Source: an uncultured Nitrospiraceae bacterium
GTDB lineage: Bacteria > Nitrospirota > Thermodesulfovibrionia > Thermodesulfovibrionales > Dissulfurispiraceae
DNA: 64,000 nt
Assembly: GCA_963705105.1 (NCBI GenBank)
Contig: CAVPIW010000019.1
Coordinates: 15,788 to 79,787, forward strand
Direction of reading: 5' to 3'
The position numbers and the translations under genes are program-made. How positions within the stretch are numbered: the stretch's first letter is position 1; the number at the start of each line of letters is the position of its first letter. Of this stretch, positions 62,817 to 64,000 are shown one piece after another. The notes under the pieces were generated by a model. That model searched no databases and was not told the DNA's origin. It saw only the letters and a program-made list of their open reading frames with translations.

Positions 62817-63670
62817 TAAGCGATTTCCTCGCCTCCTGGGACCTCTTTGCGACCAGCTATCTGGCCGGCTGGATCATCGGGCTGCTGCTTTCGATCATCG
62901 GAGTCTTCCTCGTTGCCCGGAACCAGATCTTCGTGGCAGCCGCCGTATCGCAGGCTTCGGCGCTCGGGGTCTCAATGGCTCTGATATTGATCGAGATCGT
63001 CCCCGCCTTTCAGAGACTCGGCCTGCATGATTTGCTGGGTCCCTGCCTGGCAATCTTCTTTTCGATTGCAGCATCCCTGGCCACAATGGGAAAAGGCGGT
63101 GCCGGCCGCGAGAGTCCCGAGGCATTGACAGGGTTGGTCTATCTTTCGGCTGCCAGCCTCTCCATTATCGTTCTTGCAAAGAGCCCTCACGGTCTCGACG
63201 AGATTAACCGCCTGCTGTCATCGAGCATCGTGGGCGCGACAGAGCGGGAACTCGTGATCTTTTCTGTCTTTGCAGCTTTGACGATTGTAATTGTTGCCGC
63301 ATTCCGCCACAGGCTTATCCTCCTGGCTATGGACCCGCTCGCAGCAGCGGCAGCGGGTATGAAAGTGCGGCTCTATGAGTTTTCCGTCGCCCTCTGGGTA
63401 GGCCTCGCCGTTGGACTATCGATACGTGCAGCCGGGGTGCTTTTCACGTTCGGTTGCCTGATCCTTCCTGCCCTTGCAGCAAAGGCAGTAGGCCGGCGCA
63501 TTGCGCCTCTCTTTTATACCGCCCCGGTCATCTGCCTCGTTGCTGTTGCAATCTCCTTTGTCATGGCCAATCATCTCGACATCCCGCCGGGACAGATGGC
63601 GGTTGCTGTGCTATGCGCATCCGTCCTGATCGCCTGGGTGGCCAGGTTCGTCCGCATCAGGCTTCAGTAA
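62813..63670 (+). CDS. Metal ABC transporter permease (ABC-3 family)
   Basis: Multiple TM helices; GVFLVAR...AVSQ...G; DP..A...G; LILPALAA. Confidence 0.9.
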   Translation: MISDFLASWDLFATSYLAGWIIGLLLSIIGVFLVARNQIFVAAAVSQASALGVSMALILIEIVPAFQRLGLHDLLGPCLAIFFSIAASLATMGKGGAGRESPEALTGLVYLSAASLSIIVLAKSPHGLDEINRLLSSSIVGATERELVIFSVFAALTIVIVAAFRHRLILLAMDPLAAAAAGMKVRLYEFSVALWVGLAVGLSIRAAGVLFTFGCLILPALAAKAVGRRIAPLFYTAPVICLVAVAISFVMANHLDIPPGQMAVAVLCASVLIAWVARFVRIRLQ

Positions 63671-64000
63671 AAAAACAGCCTGTTTCTTGCCGTCATGTTT
63701 GAAGCTCTTTTCAACCTCATAACATGACGAGCTTCTGGCCACTGATAATTGGCGGGACAAACCCTTGCTTTTGCCGGAACCCGTGTCTTTGCCTGTTATC
63801 GGAAGAACATCCGGGTACAAAGCATTCCGGGAGATACAACCTCTATCAAGACCTCTGTCAGTCCCGGTGGGGCAGGTCGCTCATCGTCAAGAGGTTCTTC
63901 AAGCGCCGCCAGGAGCTCAGCCTGACGGACATGCCATTCTTACTGCATAGTCAGGGCAATTAGAGCAGATGGTAGGGCAGGTAAGTCATTGATTTTGAAA

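Noticed and set aside
63700..64000. Short ORFs and a GTAAGTCATTGATTTT motif at the window end
   Set aside because: Might mark a mobile-element boundary, but it is cut by the window edge and cannot be supported.

Overview
A 64 kb, GC-rich window from a bacterial chromosome. The gene set (A-adding enzyme with DHH/CBS domains, NrpR, MvhD-MetVF, split glutamate synthase, CheB-CheR fusion) suggests an anaerobic Nitrospirota- or Desulfobacterota-like organism; this is inference only. In order, the window holds: a truncated DHH-CBS tRNA nucleotidyltransferase; a CAAX-like/sulfotransferase fusion; a decayed beta-propeller gene; an accessory patch (Doc/AbrB and HicBA TA modules, Acg nitroreductase, sterol desaturase, direct repeats); a nitrogen cluster with gltB2-nrpR-glnB on the minus strand and mvhD-metV-metF-gltB2'-gltB2-gltB1/3 on the plus strand; three more TA-like modules; recD2; cheBR plus a histidine kinase; kup with a complete kdpFABC-DE locus; a lipase; an NHEJ locus (frameshifted ligD, ku, TPR protein); and a RAPP-type leader peptide ahead of an outer-membrane receptor and a Zn/Mn ABC transporter. 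Three families of short intergenic repeats occur throughout. The best candidate for an undescribed system is the apparently NrpR-controlled operon joining an MvhD-MetVF (methylene-THF reductase) redox module to a split glutamate synthase with no gltD in the window. No rRNA, tRNA or CRISPR array was recognised. All calls come from motif recognition by eye, without database searches.
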